Of a stretch of DNA of 36,698 nt, positions 1-8,820 are shown piece by piece. Numbering within the stretch: the stretch's first letter is position 1; each line of letters begins with the position of its first letter. This DNA comes from a virus. Taxonomy: Duplodnaviria > Caudoviricetes. The notes beneath the pieces were generated by a model. The model saw only the letters and a list, made by a program, of their open reading frames with translations. It was not told the origin of the DNA and did no database searches. The stretch lies in the IMG/VR virus record IMGVR_UViG_3300032011_000046, positions 1-36,698 of that record. One strand, written 5' to 3'. The translations under genes and the position numbers were made by a program.

Positions 1-60
1 AAAGAGTCTCGAGAATTCGGACAAGCAATGTCTCGAGGTGATTATGGTCCATTAGATTAA
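1..60 (+). CDS. 3' end of a hypothetical protein (partial, KESREFGQAMSRGDYGPLD*)
   Basis: Frame 1 is open from the window edge to TAA at 58-60, 5 nt before the next ATG. Confidence 0.55.
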   Translation, partial: KESREFGQAMSRGDYGPLD

Positions 61-65
61 CGATT

Positions 66-254
66 ATGAAACTATCAAAAGTCATATTAGAAAACAATAA
101 AGTAGTAACTAAAAAAGAGTTAGTAATGTCTGAAGAGGATGTTAATACTCTTTCTGAAACTATTGCTGAAAAACTTAATGATTATCTAGATATAGATAAA
201 AAAGAAGTATTAAGTGGTATAGTTAAAGAAGCTATTGGAAAAATAGTTAACTAA
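66..254 (+). CDS. Small hypothetical protein with MKLSKVILE leader
   Basis: 62-aa ORF; the N-terminus matches the leader shared with ORFs 2751, 7872 and 26402. Confidence 0.75.
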   Translation: MKLSKVILENNKVVTKKELVMSEEDVNTLSETIAEKLNDYLDIDKKEVLSGIVKEAIGKIVN

Positions 255-258
255 TAAG

Positions 259-288
259 TTGTTCTTTCGAAAGTAATTTCTTATATTA
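259..288 (+). promoter_or_regulatory. Putative sigma70-like early/middle promoter TTGTTC-N17-TATATTA
   Basis: Intergenic, upstream of primase; the same TTG-N20-TATATTA geometry recurs at 30791-30820. Confidence 0.5.
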
Positions 289-312
289 TATATTAAGTTA
301 TGGACGAACTAT

Positions 313-1236
313 ATGGACTACACTTTTCTTCTAGGTAGTATAGAAAATATTTTAGGTAAGAGTTATAAAAGAGCTAGAGAGAACCATGCTTTCAACTGCC
401 CTTTTTGTAATCATCACAAACCTAAACTAGAAATAAACTTTAGAACTAACGAAAAAGGACAGAATCCTTGGGAATGCTGGGTATGTCAAACTAGAGGTAG
501 AACTATTAAGTCTCTACTTTACCAATTAAAAATACCTAGAGACCAAGCCACTGAAGTACTGAGATATGTACCTAAAAGCTCAGAAACTGAATATAGAGAA
601 GTAGAATCAGTTCGACTTCCTAAAGAATTTAAAACTCTATGTAACGCTACTAATACGTCTATTATAGCAAATAAAATAAAAAGGTACCTATATGAGAGAG
701 GATTTAGCGACAATGATTTTATTAAATACAACGTTGGGTATTGCACAGCTGGAGAATATGGAGGACGAATTATTATCCCAAGTTATTCTGAATCGAATAA
801 CCTCAATTATTTTATTGCAAGAACTCATGAGGGATCCTATCACAAGTACAGGAATCCTGAAGTTTCCAAAGACATAATATTTTTTGAAAACCTAATTAAC
901 TGGGATCAACCAATTATACTTTGTGAAGGAGTATTTGATGCTATAGCTATTAAACGAAACGCTATTCCTATACTGGGAAAGAGCCTATCTAACACATTAA
1001 TAAAGAAACTTATATCAAGTACTAACAAAGACATTTATATAGCTTTAGACACTGATGCTAAAACTAAAGCATTACAAATAAGCGAACACTTATTAAGTTT
1101 AGGTAAAAGAGTATTTTTAGTTAAACTTACTGATAAAGATCCCTCAGACATGGGATTTAAACAATTTACAGAACTTGTACAAACAGCAAAAGAATTAGAC
1201 TTAAGTACTCTAATGATGCACAAATTAGATTTATGA
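313..1236 (+). CDS. DNA primase (DnaG/T4 gp61-like)
   Basis: N-terminal Zn finger CPFC...WECWVC; RIIIP; Toprim motifs CEGVFDA, LDTDA and KDPSD. Confidence 0.9.
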   Translation: MDYTFLLGSIENILGKSYKRARENHAFNCPFCNHHKPKLEINFRTNEKGQNPWECWVCQTRGRTIKSLLYQLKIPRDQATEVLRYVPKSSETEYREVESVRLPKEFKTLCNATNTSIIANKIKRYLYERGFSDNDFIKYNVGYCTAGEYGGRIIIPSYSESNNLNYFIARTHEGSYHKYRNPEVSKDIIFFENLINWDQPIILCEGVFDAIAIKRNAIPILGKSLSNTLIKKLISSTNKDIYIALDTDAKTKALQISEHLLSLGKRVFLVKLTDKDPSDMGFKQFTELVQTAKELDLSTLMMHKLDL

Positions 1237-2015
1237 TAAAGCAAGGAACAAATATTCTTAAAGAAAATAGTAAGAATAGATTAAATTTTGACTCAAAGTT
1301 AAAACAAATAAACTTTCTGGATAGGAGAGTTTATAAAAGATCGGAAGGAGTATATTACCCGTCCGTAACTACAATACTCCAGTATATGCCCAAAGCTAAA
1401 TTCTTCGAAACATGGATGAAGGACGTTGGGCATAACGCCGATCTGATTATGAGAAAAGCAGGTAAAGAAGGTACCCAGGTACATGAAGCTGCAGAAAAAT
1501 TAATAAGAGGTGAAGAAGTATCATGGATGGACGATTATGGTAATGCAAAATATTCTCAACTAGTATGGGAAATGATATTAAAATTTCATGATTTTTGGAT
1601 TACCCATAATCCAAAACCTATCTCAGCAGAAGATTTTGTATATTCTGATAAATATAAATTTGCAGGTACTGCCGATTTAGTAGTAGAAATGGATGGTGAA
1701 ACGTGGTTATTAGATTTAAAAACTTCTAATAGTATACATAAGTCTTATGATTTACAACTAGCAGCTTATGCTAAAGCACTAGAAGAAACTAAAAACATAA
1801 AGATAGACAGAACAGGTATTATCTGGTTAAAAGCACATACCAGATCAACTTCTAAAAAGAAAGGAGTTTACCAAGGTAAAGGTTGGCAAGTAAGGGTTGT
1901 AGACGATATAGAAAAGAATTTTGAGTTATTTAAAATGATATATAAACTATACTCTTTAGAAAACCCTACAGTTGAACCTATTTATAATTGTTACCCAACA
2001 ACTTTAAAACTTTAA
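1233..2015 (+). CDS. PD-(D/E)XK exonuclease (Cas4/RecB-like phage nuclease)
   Basis: YPSVTTIL, GTQVH, AGTAD...LDLKTS and QLAAYA motifs. Confidence 0.85.
   Translation: MIKQGTNILKENSKNRLNFDSKLKQINFLDRRVYKRSEGVYYPSVTTILQYMPKAKFFETWMKDVGHNADLIMRKAGKEGTQVHEAAEKLIRGEEVSWMDDYGNAKYSQLVWEMILKFHDFWITHNPKPISAEDFVYSDKYKFAGTADLVVEMDGETWLLDLKTSNSIHKSYDLQLAAYAKALEETKNIKIDRTGIIWLKAHTRSTSKKKGVYQGKGWQVRVVDDIEKNFELFKMIYKLYSLENPTVEPIYNCYPTTLKL
1979..1986 (+). promoter_or_regulatory. TATTTATA motif (putative late promoter)
   Basis: CTATTTATAAT, identical to the copies at 24391 and 24745; 31 nt before ATG 2018, but inside the end of the nuclease gene. Confidence 0.4.
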
Positions 2016-2017
2016 AT

Positions 2018-2989
2018 ATGAACAGGGGACCAGAAAAATTAGGAAAATTTATCGGAGCACTATTAGTCTTAGGACTTTGTATGTTAATTACAAGTTGTTC
2101 AACATATAGATTATCAACTTTAAACCACGATCCAATTTACGGACCTGAAGTAGTTTTAGAAATACCATCAGAAGTAAAGATAGATACTATAAACTCTTTT
2201 TCTAAATTAAAATATAAACTAAGAACAGATTTTAGTTTTAGATGGGATTTTGCACAGTATGCAATGAATCAACCATATTCTTTTTATTGGAGTAATCCAA
2301 TGTTAGAAGGAATTTGGAGACCCTATAATAGATTTGACGTTTATTTTCACAGTAATCATTTCTGGACTGATTGGGCATTTGGTTATCCATATAATAACTG
2401 GAATAGTTTTTATAGTTGGAACAGACCTTGGAGTTACTATGGTTGGAATAGACCATATACTCCATGGAATAACTGGTACCAAGGTCCTTGGCACAACACA
2501 GGTTATAATGTAGCTTGGAATTCAAGCAGAAGAGGAGAAAGAAATATAGCCTATATTAATGGACCTAGAGGTAGTAGAACTAATTCTAATATACTAAGAG
2601 GTGATAATAGTAATATCGAAAATAAAATAATTGTTAATAGAAACAGACCAAGAAATTATAATAATAATCTTGATGATATAGTAAAAATAATTAGAAACGG
2701 TAACGATGAAATACCAGTAAGAATTTATAACAATCCTAATAGTTTAAATAATGATAAAATTAACGGACTTAATAATAGAAGCAACAGGACGACCGAAGGT
2801 AATAATAATGGCTGGAGGAGCAGCGGTGGGCAAATCGTACCTCCTAACTCAACTAGGACTATCTTCCCTTCCTCAAGTCAATCCGGACAAGTACGTAGAG
2901 GATCCGGAACATCCAGCGTACAACAATCTGGGGGCAGGAGCTCGTCTAGCGGACAAGGAGGCAGAGGATCTAGCAACATCAAAAACTAG
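2018..2989 (+). CDS. Putative lipoprotein with W/Y/N-rich core and S/G/R/N low-complexity tail
   Basis: ATG at 2018 preferred over TTG at 1988; Lys, hydrophobic stretch FIGALLVLGLCML, lipobox-like ITSC; last 239 nt overlap the next gene. Confidence 0.7.
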   Translation: MNRGPEKLGKFIGALLVLGLCMLITSCSTYRLSTLNHDPIYGPEVVLEIPSEVKIDTINSFSKLKYKLRTDFSFRWDFAQYAMNQPYSFYWSNPMLEGIWRPYNRFDVYFHSNHFWTDWAFGYPYNNWNSFYSWNRPWSYYGWNRPYTPWNNWYQGPWHNTGYNVAWNSSRRGERNIAYINGPRGSRTNSNILRGDNSNIENKIIVNRNRPRNYNNNLDDIVKIIRNGNDEIPVRIYNNPNSLNNDKINGLNNRSNRTTEGNNNGWRSSGGQIVPPNSTRTIFPSSSQSGQVRRGSGTSSVQQSGGRSSSSGQGGRGSSNIKN

Positions 2990-3680
2990 CTTCGTCTGGG
3001 ACACTACAGCTTCTAACCCAAAAAAGGTTCAAGGCCTTAAAGATAAAGGGTATGATATATACATGGTTATGGTATATACTCATCCTATGATATCTTATAT
3101 ATCTAACTTTTTAAGAAAAAGAAAGGTACCTGGAGTAGCTGTATTTCAAACATGGAGAAATGTATACCAGTTAATTAAAGATTATTATAAAATGACTGAC
3201 GGTAATATGTCGATTTTTATTAATGATAGAGGAGGTAAATACGAAAAAGAAATTGAAGCATTCGATACAGCAGCTAAAAACGGACCTCAAGGAATAAAAG
3301 ATTACTTGTTGAGGTATAATGAAGAAAACGGTATACAGGGTTCTACATTTTTTAAACCTGTTGAAATGTCTAAACAGGAAGAAGAAGAGTTTAAGAAAGC
3401 TATAGTAGGAGTAGACTATGATTATAAAAGTAGATCTGAAACCAAAGCTTTACAACAAGCATTTTTAAAAGCATATAAAAGTAATGGAGTAGGACCAGGT
3501 GCAGATAAGTTAAAAGATGCTGTTAAAAAATATAGAGAAAGAAAAGAAAAGAATGATAATAGAAATGAACAAGTCTTAGACAATATAGCAGATATGTTAT
3601 TTAGTCCTACTTTTCAAGAACTACTTAAACATTCTACCCCTCAGGAAATAGATAAAAATGTTCAACAGTTTTTAGCATGA
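2751..3680 (+). CDS. P-loop kinase, zeta-toxin/AAA_33-like
   Basis: Walker A GGAAVGKS after VIIMA, VNPDKYVE, FVWDTTA, GYDIYMVMV; preceded by the MIKLTDLIIE leader. Confidence 0.8.
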   Translation: MIKLTDLIIEATGRPKVIIMAGGAAVGKSYLLTQLGLSSLPQVNPDKYVEDPEHPAYNNLGAGARLADKEAEDLATSKTSFVWDTTASNPKKVQGLKDKGYDIYMVMVYTHPMISYISNFLRKRKVPGVAVFQTWRNVYQLIKDYYKMTDGNMSIFINDRGGKYEKEIEAFDTAAKNGPQGIKDYLLRYNEENGIQGSTFFKPVEMSKQEEEEFKKAIVGVDYDYKSRSETKALQQAFLKAYKSNGVGPGADKLKDAVKKYRERKEKNDNRNEQVLDNIADMLFSPTFQELLKHSTPQEIDKNVQQFLA

Positions 3681-4867
3681 TAGCATTATATCCTGGAGCT
3701 TTTAAACCACCTCATAGAGGTCATTTCGATGTAGTAAAAGACTTACTGTCTAATTCTCATAAAGGAAAAGTTTATGACATAGATAATTATTTAGATGCAG
3801 GAGAAGAAGTTTTACAGGGTAAAGGAGATAAACTACAACCTATAGATAAAGTAATTATCTTTATAGGAGGTAATACTAGAAACGGAATAACACCAGAAGA
3901 TTCTGAAAGAATATGGAATATTTATAAGAAATACTTAGGTGATATAGAAGTAGTATTAGGAGAAAAAAATCCTATGTATGCCTCAAGTAAGTATGCTAAA
4001 GAAAGACCAGAAGATAGCTTTTATGCTATAACTGGTTTAAGAGGTAATGAAGATTTAGTAGACTTAAAAAGAGTTACTACTTTTAAAAATAGAGATAATG
4101 TAGACGGACTAGCTGTAACAACAGATAGTTCTAAACAAGTTAGAGCTACTAATTTTAGAAATGCTATTCTAAGTGGGAATTTAGATGATATTAGAGACTT
4201 TTTTCCTAAAGAAGTTAGTAGAGAAGATATATTAAATATAATTAAAATGTTAAAATCAAGTATAGTTGCGGAACAGTTAAGTAGAAAGATTGAAGAAACT
4301 ATAACTGAAACGTTTAAAACAGAAGGTAATTCTGGAGCTCCAATAGCTCCTAGATCAATATTAAAATCTAAAGATAGATCTTATCTGGTAAGTACTTTTA
4401 ATAACTTAAGAGATATAGATGATAAGTTACATATAACATTTAATCAAGATCATATTAGAATCACAGTAAAAGACGATGAAGATTTAGGAAATAGATTTGA
4501 CTATACACCGTTTTTTGGTTCTTTATTAGAGCATATGTTAGATCAAAAACTAAATATTAGACCTTTACCTGAAGTAAAGATAAGAAGAGACACCACAGAA
4601 GCAGCAGACTTTTTTGGTAGAACTGCCTACTATAATCCTAATACAAATGAAATAGTATTATATGTAGAAGGAAGACACCCTAAAGATGTAATGAGATCTT
4701 TTGCTCACGAAATGGTACATCATAAGCAAAATATAGAAGGTAGATTAGGTAATATAAGTACTACAAATACTAATGAATCAGATGATCTATTAGAATTAGA
4801 AAAAGAAGCTTACCTAGAAGGTAATATTATATTCAGAAACTGGGAAGATTCAGTAAAAAATAAATAA
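3677..4867 (+). CDS. HxGH (cytidylyltransferase-like) nucleotidyltransferase fused to C-terminal HEXXH metallopeptidase-like domain
   Basis: IALYPGAFKPPHRGH, VRATNFR (SxT/SxxR-like), C-terminal AYYNP...RSFAHEMVHHKQ...EKEAY. Confidence 0.8.
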   Translation: MIALYPGAFKPPHRGHFDVVKDLLSNSHKGKVYDIDNYLDAGEEVLQGKGDKLQPIDKVIIFIGGNTRNGITPEDSERIWNIYKKYLGDIEVVLGEKNPMYASSKYAKERPEDSFYAITGLRGNEDLVDLKRVTTFKNRDNVDGLAVTTDSSKQVRATNFRNAILSGNLDDIRDFFPKEVSREDILNIIKMLKSSIVAEQLSRKIEETITETFKTEGNSGAPIAPRSILKSKDRSYLVSTFNNLRDIDDKLHITFNQDHIRITVKDDEDLGNRFDYTPFFGSLLEHMLDQKLNIRPLPEVKIRRDTTEAADFFGRTAYYNPNTNEIVLYVEGRHPKDVMRSFAHEMVHHKQNIEGRLGNISTTNTNESDDLLELEKEAYLEGNIIFRNWEDSVKNK

Positions 4868-5412
4868 TGAGTAAAAGTATAGTAGAGTTATTAGAAGCAT
4901 ATCCAATACCGGAACAAAAAGAAAAACCGCCATATAAATTATACTGCGATATGGATGGAGTACTTACTGATTTTGAATCAAGGTTCGAACACTTTACAGG
5001 TAAGTCTCCTAAAGACTACGAAAGAGAATACGGTATAGAACAGTTTTGGCATTTAATTGATTCAAAAATAGGAGTTAGATTTTGGGTAGGCATGGGGTGG
5101 ATGCCGCAAGGTAGTGAATTATGGAATTTTATTAGCCCATACGGACCCTCTTTACTAACTTCACCATCTAGAGATAATACGTCTAGATTAGGTAAAAACT
5201 TATGGGTAAAAAATAATCTTAACCCTAAACCAAAAGTTATATTTGCATACTCAAAAGATAAACAAAGATACGCTAATGAAAATAGTATTCTAATAGATGA
5301 TAAAAAATCTAATATAAATGAATGGAATGCTAAAGGAGGAATAGCAATTAGATGTAAAGATGGAGATACATCATCAGTTATAAAAGAATTAAAAGCACTA
5401 GGTTATGAGTAA
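4867..5412 (+). CDS. HAD-superfamily 5'(3')-deoxyribonucleotidase-like protein
   Basis: LYCDMDGVLTDF, LLTSP, GKNLWV and ILIDD motifs. Confidence 0.85.
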   Translation: MSKSIVELLEAYPIPEQKEKPPYKLYCDMDGVLTDFESRFEHFTGKSPKDYEREYGIEQFWHLIDSKIGVRFWVGMGWMPQGSELWNFISPYGPSLLTSPSRDNTSRLGKNLWVKNNLNPKPKVIFAYSKDKQRYANENSILIDDKKSNINEWNAKGGIAIRCKDGDTSSVIKELKALGYE

Positions 5413-5983
5413 AGAAACACTTTTAAAAAAAGACTTCAAAGAAAGTGATGTTCAAAGAATTAGAAATATAGTTAATAAAGATTTTACCTCAGGAACCAAA
5501 ATACAATCAGGTTACCGTAAAACTTCTAAGAAGTATAAAGAAGGAGACTTATGGGAAGAAGGAGGTAAACAGTGGACTATTAAAGACGGTATTAAGCAAA
5601 ATATTACCAAATTAGATGCTGCAAAAAAAGCACTCCGTATGCCTTTATGCTGTCCAAAATGTGGAGGACCTTTAGAGCACTGGATGGCTAAAAAAATGTA
5701 TAAGATTCATGGCTTTTGTTTTGACCCCTGTACTGTAGAGTTTGAAGCAGATTTAAGAAAAGCTGGATTATATGAAGAATATGAGAAAAAAATGATAACC
5801 GGTAATATTAAAGAATTTGTTAGTGATATAGAAAGCTGGGTTTTAAACTCAATTAATGATAAAAGTTCATTTGTTACTGAAGCAGGAGATATAGAAGATT
5901 GGGGAGGTATGTCAAATAAAGTTAAGAAGAAAATACTACAGGACTTAAAAGACTATACTAACAGAATACGAAAGCAGTTATAA
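5405..5983 (+). CDS. Hypothetical protein with probable Zn-binding motif
   Basis: CPKC...CFDPC; overlaps the upstream stop. Confidence 0.7.
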   Translation: MSKETLLKKDFKESDVQRIRNIVNKDFTSGTKIQSGYRKTSKKYKEGDLWEEGGKQWTIKDGIKQNITKLDAAKKALRMPLCCPKCGGPLEHWMAKKMYKIHGFCFDPCTVEFEADLRKAGLYEEYEKKMITGNIKEFVSDIESWVLNSINDKSSFVTEAGDIEDWGGMSNKVKKKILQDLKDYTNRIRKQL

Positions 5984-5988
5984 AGATA

Positions 5989-5996
5989 TATTTATA
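5989..5996 (+). promoter_or_regulatory. TATTTATA motif (putative late promoter)
   Basis: Intergenic, 13 nt before ATG 6010. Confidence 0.55.
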
Positions 5997-6009
5997 TAAA
6001 AGCAAGTCG

Positions 6010-6366
6010 ATGTCTACACAGAGAGAAATATTAGAAAGCGTACTAAAAGAGTTAGTAAATATCAAAAAACATATGCCTAATGGAGAGTTAAAAGCTCTAA
6101 TTGAGGATGTTAAGGATATGAAAGAAGATATGTCTGAACTTAAATATACTCTACTCAATCCTGAAGACGGTGTAATCGTTAAAACTAACCAAAATACTCT
6201 ATTTAGAAAACAACTTGAAGGTAATCAAAAAGAATTTGATAACAAGATGTTAGAGATAGAATCAATGAAAAGATGGAAGGATGGAGTAAATAAAGCCTTA
6301 TGGGTAGTATTTGGTATACTAGCAACAATAATTATCAACATGATATTTATGCATAAGGCACTATGA
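6010..6366 (+). CDS. Coiled-coil protein with single C-terminal TM helix
   Basis: Heptad-like N-terminus; ALWVVFGILATIIINMIF. Confidence 0.7.
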   Translation: MSTQREILESVLKELVNIKKHMPNGELKALIEDVKDMKEDMSELKYTLLNPEDGVIVKTNQNTLFRKQLEGNQKEFDNKMLEIESMKRWKDGVNKALWVVFGILATIIINMIFMHKAL

Positions 6367-7871
6367 TTAACAATAAACAGATACATCAGTTAACTTTAGA
6401 ATCTCTCAGGGATTGGTTTAAAAAAGAAAAATGGGTTCGTATTTCTTCTTCTGGAAAAATAGCAGGCCCTTGTGGTACATCTAAAAATAAAAAAAACCCT
6501 GACAGGTGTTTACCAAAGGCAAAAGCACAAAGTTTAACAAAAGGCCAAAGAGCCGCTACTGCTGCTAAGAAAAAGAAAGCAGGAGCTAAAGGAAAAACAG
6601 TCGTGAAAAATACAAAAAAAGCAACAGTAAAAAAAGAAGGCCTTTGGGCTAATATAAATGCTAAGAAAAAAGCAGGAAAGAAATCTTCTCATAAAAACTC
6701 TAATGCATATAAAGATGCTAAAAAAGCAGGTAATGCACTAAAGCAAGAAGGCGAAGGAAATGAAAGAGAAATTAAAGGGCAAGAGCTAGTTGACTATATA
6801 ATGAACCATTGGGATTGGTCAGAAGAAAAAACACTAAACTGGCTTGCAAATAATTTTGGTAAAAATAAGCAAGATGATGGACCTAAAGAAAAAGATCAGA
6901 ACTATATAGACTACTTAAGAAGAAGCGGTAGAGATAAAGAAGCAGATAGATTAGTAGCTCTTAATCCTGATAAAGTAAAAGAAACTAAAGGAGCTCCAAA
7001 AGGACACTACTTTACTAAATCAGGTAATTTAGTCAAAGGAACATTGAGTAAAGACGCAAGAGAAAGAGGAGCTAGACTAAGTGACCCTAAAGATAAACAG
7101 AGATCTAAAGTTCCACCAGTTACCCAGTATAACGAATTAGAGTTACCGACATCGGCTTTAACAAAAATTAACAATGATGTTAAAAATGCTAAAACTATGG
7201 CACTTTCAATTTTACAGTATATTGATGCTGTAGACGATAAAGAGCAGCCAGCTATCTTTAAAAACCCTAAATTGAGAAGAGCAATTGAACTATTAAAAGA
7301 TTTAGGAGATGATCAAAAAGAAGTACAAGAGGTTGATATAAATGATCCTGCTTTAATGAAAGCAAGAGCAATGAAAATGAAAAGAGCAAAACATAAACAA
7401 GCTTCTAAACCACGTGGAATTAGCTATGAAGATTCTTTAGATCTAAGACTAAAACTACAAGATTTAGAAGATGAAAGAGCAGATGTTTTAAGAAATATGG
7501 AGCAAGAAGCAGAACCTGAAGGAGGTCCAATTGCAGATGACTACGGAGCAATACTTAATGATTTAGATAAAAAAATTAATAGTATAATGAATAAACTTCA
7601 ACAGTACGATATGAATGAAACTTCTAATCCTCAAGATGGTAAAGCAGCACCATTTGGTTCTGGTTTTAAAAAAGTAAATGAAATGACTGTAGAAGATATA
7701 AAAAACTTAACAGTAGGACTTTTACATGAAATACAAGGTAAAGAAGTATTAATGGAGAAAGATGATAGATGTACTAGACTAGCTAAAAGTAAATATGATA
7801 CATGGCCTTCAGCTTATGCTTCAGGAGCAGTAGTTAGATGTAGAAAAGGAGAAATCTGGAAAAAGAAATAG
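6363..7871 (+). CDS. Modular hypothetical protein (candidate internal head protein)
   Basis: Alternating very basic and acidic blocks; Cys-containing WFKKEKWV...RCLPKAK and RC...WPSAYASGAVVRCRK modules. Confidence 0.75.
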   Translation: MINNKQIHQLTLESLRDWFKKEKWVRISSSGKIAGPCGTSKNKKNPDRCLPKAKAQSLTKGQRAATAAKKKKAGAKGKTVVKNTKKATVKKEGLWANINAKKKAGKKSSHKNSNAYKDAKKAGNALKQEGEGNEREIKGQELVDYIMNHWDWSEEKTLNWLANNFGKNKQDDGPKEKDQNYIDYLRRSGRDKEADRLVALNPDKVKETKGAPKGHYFTKSGNLVKGTLSKDARERGARLSDPKDKQRSKVPPVTQYNELELPTSALTKINNDVKNAKTMALSILQYIDAVDDKEQPAIFKNPKLRRAIELLKDLGDDQKEVQEVDINDPALMKARAMKMKRAKHKQASKPRGISYEDSLDLRLKLQDLEDERADVLRNMEQEAEPEGGPIADDYGAILNDLDKKINSIMNKLQQYDMNETSNPQDGKAAPFGSGFKKVNEMTVEDIKNLTVGLLHEIQGKEVLMEKDDRCTRLAKSKYDTWPSAYASGAVVRCRKGEIWKKK

Positions 7872-8408
7872 ATGAAATTAACTGATATAATTCTTAAGGA
7901 AGACAGCTTAGATGAAATCAGCGTTTTAGGCTTTTTAAAAAACTTAGGTAATGAAACTATTGCTAATATTAAAAGTAAAATTTTAAAAGTTTTTAATACA
8001 GCTAAAGAAGAAGGTGGAGAAACTTTAGAGATGTTTAAACTTTTAGCATCTAAGAAAACAGGTAAAAAATTAACTCCTCAACAACAGAAATTAATAGATG
8101 ATCAATCAAAAGATTTAATTAAAATGGCTGTTTTAGGAACAGGAGCAGCATCAGCCTTTTCAGCATTACCTTTAACAGCCGCCGCCGCTACACTAGTATC
8201 TATTATTTCATTTTTAGATTTAGATGATGATTTATTAAAATATACAGATTCATCAAAAGACTCATCACGTGGGCTAACATCAGTAGAAAAAGATAAAACA
8301 AATTTTAAAGATTTTAATGGAGTAAGGTATATTAAATATGATAAAGTAGCTCCATATTTAGATCAAGCTGATGCTGTAGCTGAAAACATTATAAAAAATA
8401 AAACATAA
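7872..8408 (+). CDS. Hypothetical protein with MKLTDIILKE leader and one hydrophobic segment
   Basis: 178-aa ORF abutting both neighbours; MAVLGTGAASAFSALPLTAAAATLVSIISFL. Confidence 0.7.
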   Translation: MKLTDIILKEDSLDEISVLGFLKNLGNETIANIKSKILKVFNTAKEEGGETLEMFKLLASKKTGKKLTPQQQKLIDDQSKDLIKMAVLGTGAASAFSALPLTAAAATLVSIISFLDLDDDLLKYTDSSKDSSRGLTSVEKDKTNFKDFNGVRYIKYDKVAPYLDQADAVAENIIKNKT

Positions 8409-8599
8409 TGCCAGCTAAACTTAAACCTAGTACTAAAGAGTATGCAAGAGATATCAGAGGTAGAATGACTAATAAGTTTACTTGGAAACATTATACACCT
8501 AGCAATACCTCTACTGAAGAATTAAAAAAAATGTACGAAAGTGATGCTTATAGTAAAAAAAAGAATATTATAAAAAGAGAATTAGCTAAAAGAAAATGA
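8408..8599 (+). CDS. Small basic hypothetical protein
   Basis: 63 aa; TAATG and ATGA coupling on both sides. Confidence 0.65.
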   Translation: MPAKLKPSTKEYARDIRGRMTNKFTWKHYTPSNTSTEELKKMYESDAYSKKKNIIKRELAKRK

Positions 8600-8820
8600 C
8601 TAGACTTACATTAGCACAAATGATAGGAGAAATTCTTGCTGCCGAAAACTTCAAAGATGGAAAGAAAAAAGGTAAGTCAAAACCCGGTCGTGTTAAAAAG
8701 TCTGGAGCGTCTTGTAAAGGTTCAGTATCTTCATTAAGAGCTAAAGCTAAAAAATACGGCGGTGAGAAAGGTAAAATGTATCACTGGTGTGCAAATATGA
8801 AAGGTGGTAAGAAAAAATGA
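8596..8820 (+). CDS. Small highly basic protein (candidate DNA-binding internal protein)
   Basis: Amphipathic leader ending ILAAE, followed by a K/G-rich module with two Cys (ASCKG, HWCANMK). Confidence 0.7.
   Translation: MTRLTLAQMIGEILAAENFKDGKKKGKSKPGRVKKSGASCKGSVSSLRAKAKKYGGEKGKMYHWCANMKGGKKK

Noticed and set aside
1233-2015. Cas4-like nuclease as evidence of CRISPR-Cas
   Set aside because: No Fe-S cysteine cluster, no other cas genes, and no repeat-spacer array seen
1988-2017. TTG start for the lipoprotein given in the ORF track
   Set aside because: It overlaps the nuclease gene end; ATG 2018 follows the upstream stop by 2 nt and gives a normal signal peptide
2751-3680. Zeta toxin-antitoxin module
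   Set aside because: Only fold-level resemblance; no epsilon-like antitoxin adjacent
6010-6366. Holin call
   Set aside because: Single C-terminal TM only and no endolysin nearby; left as a membrane-anchored hypothetical
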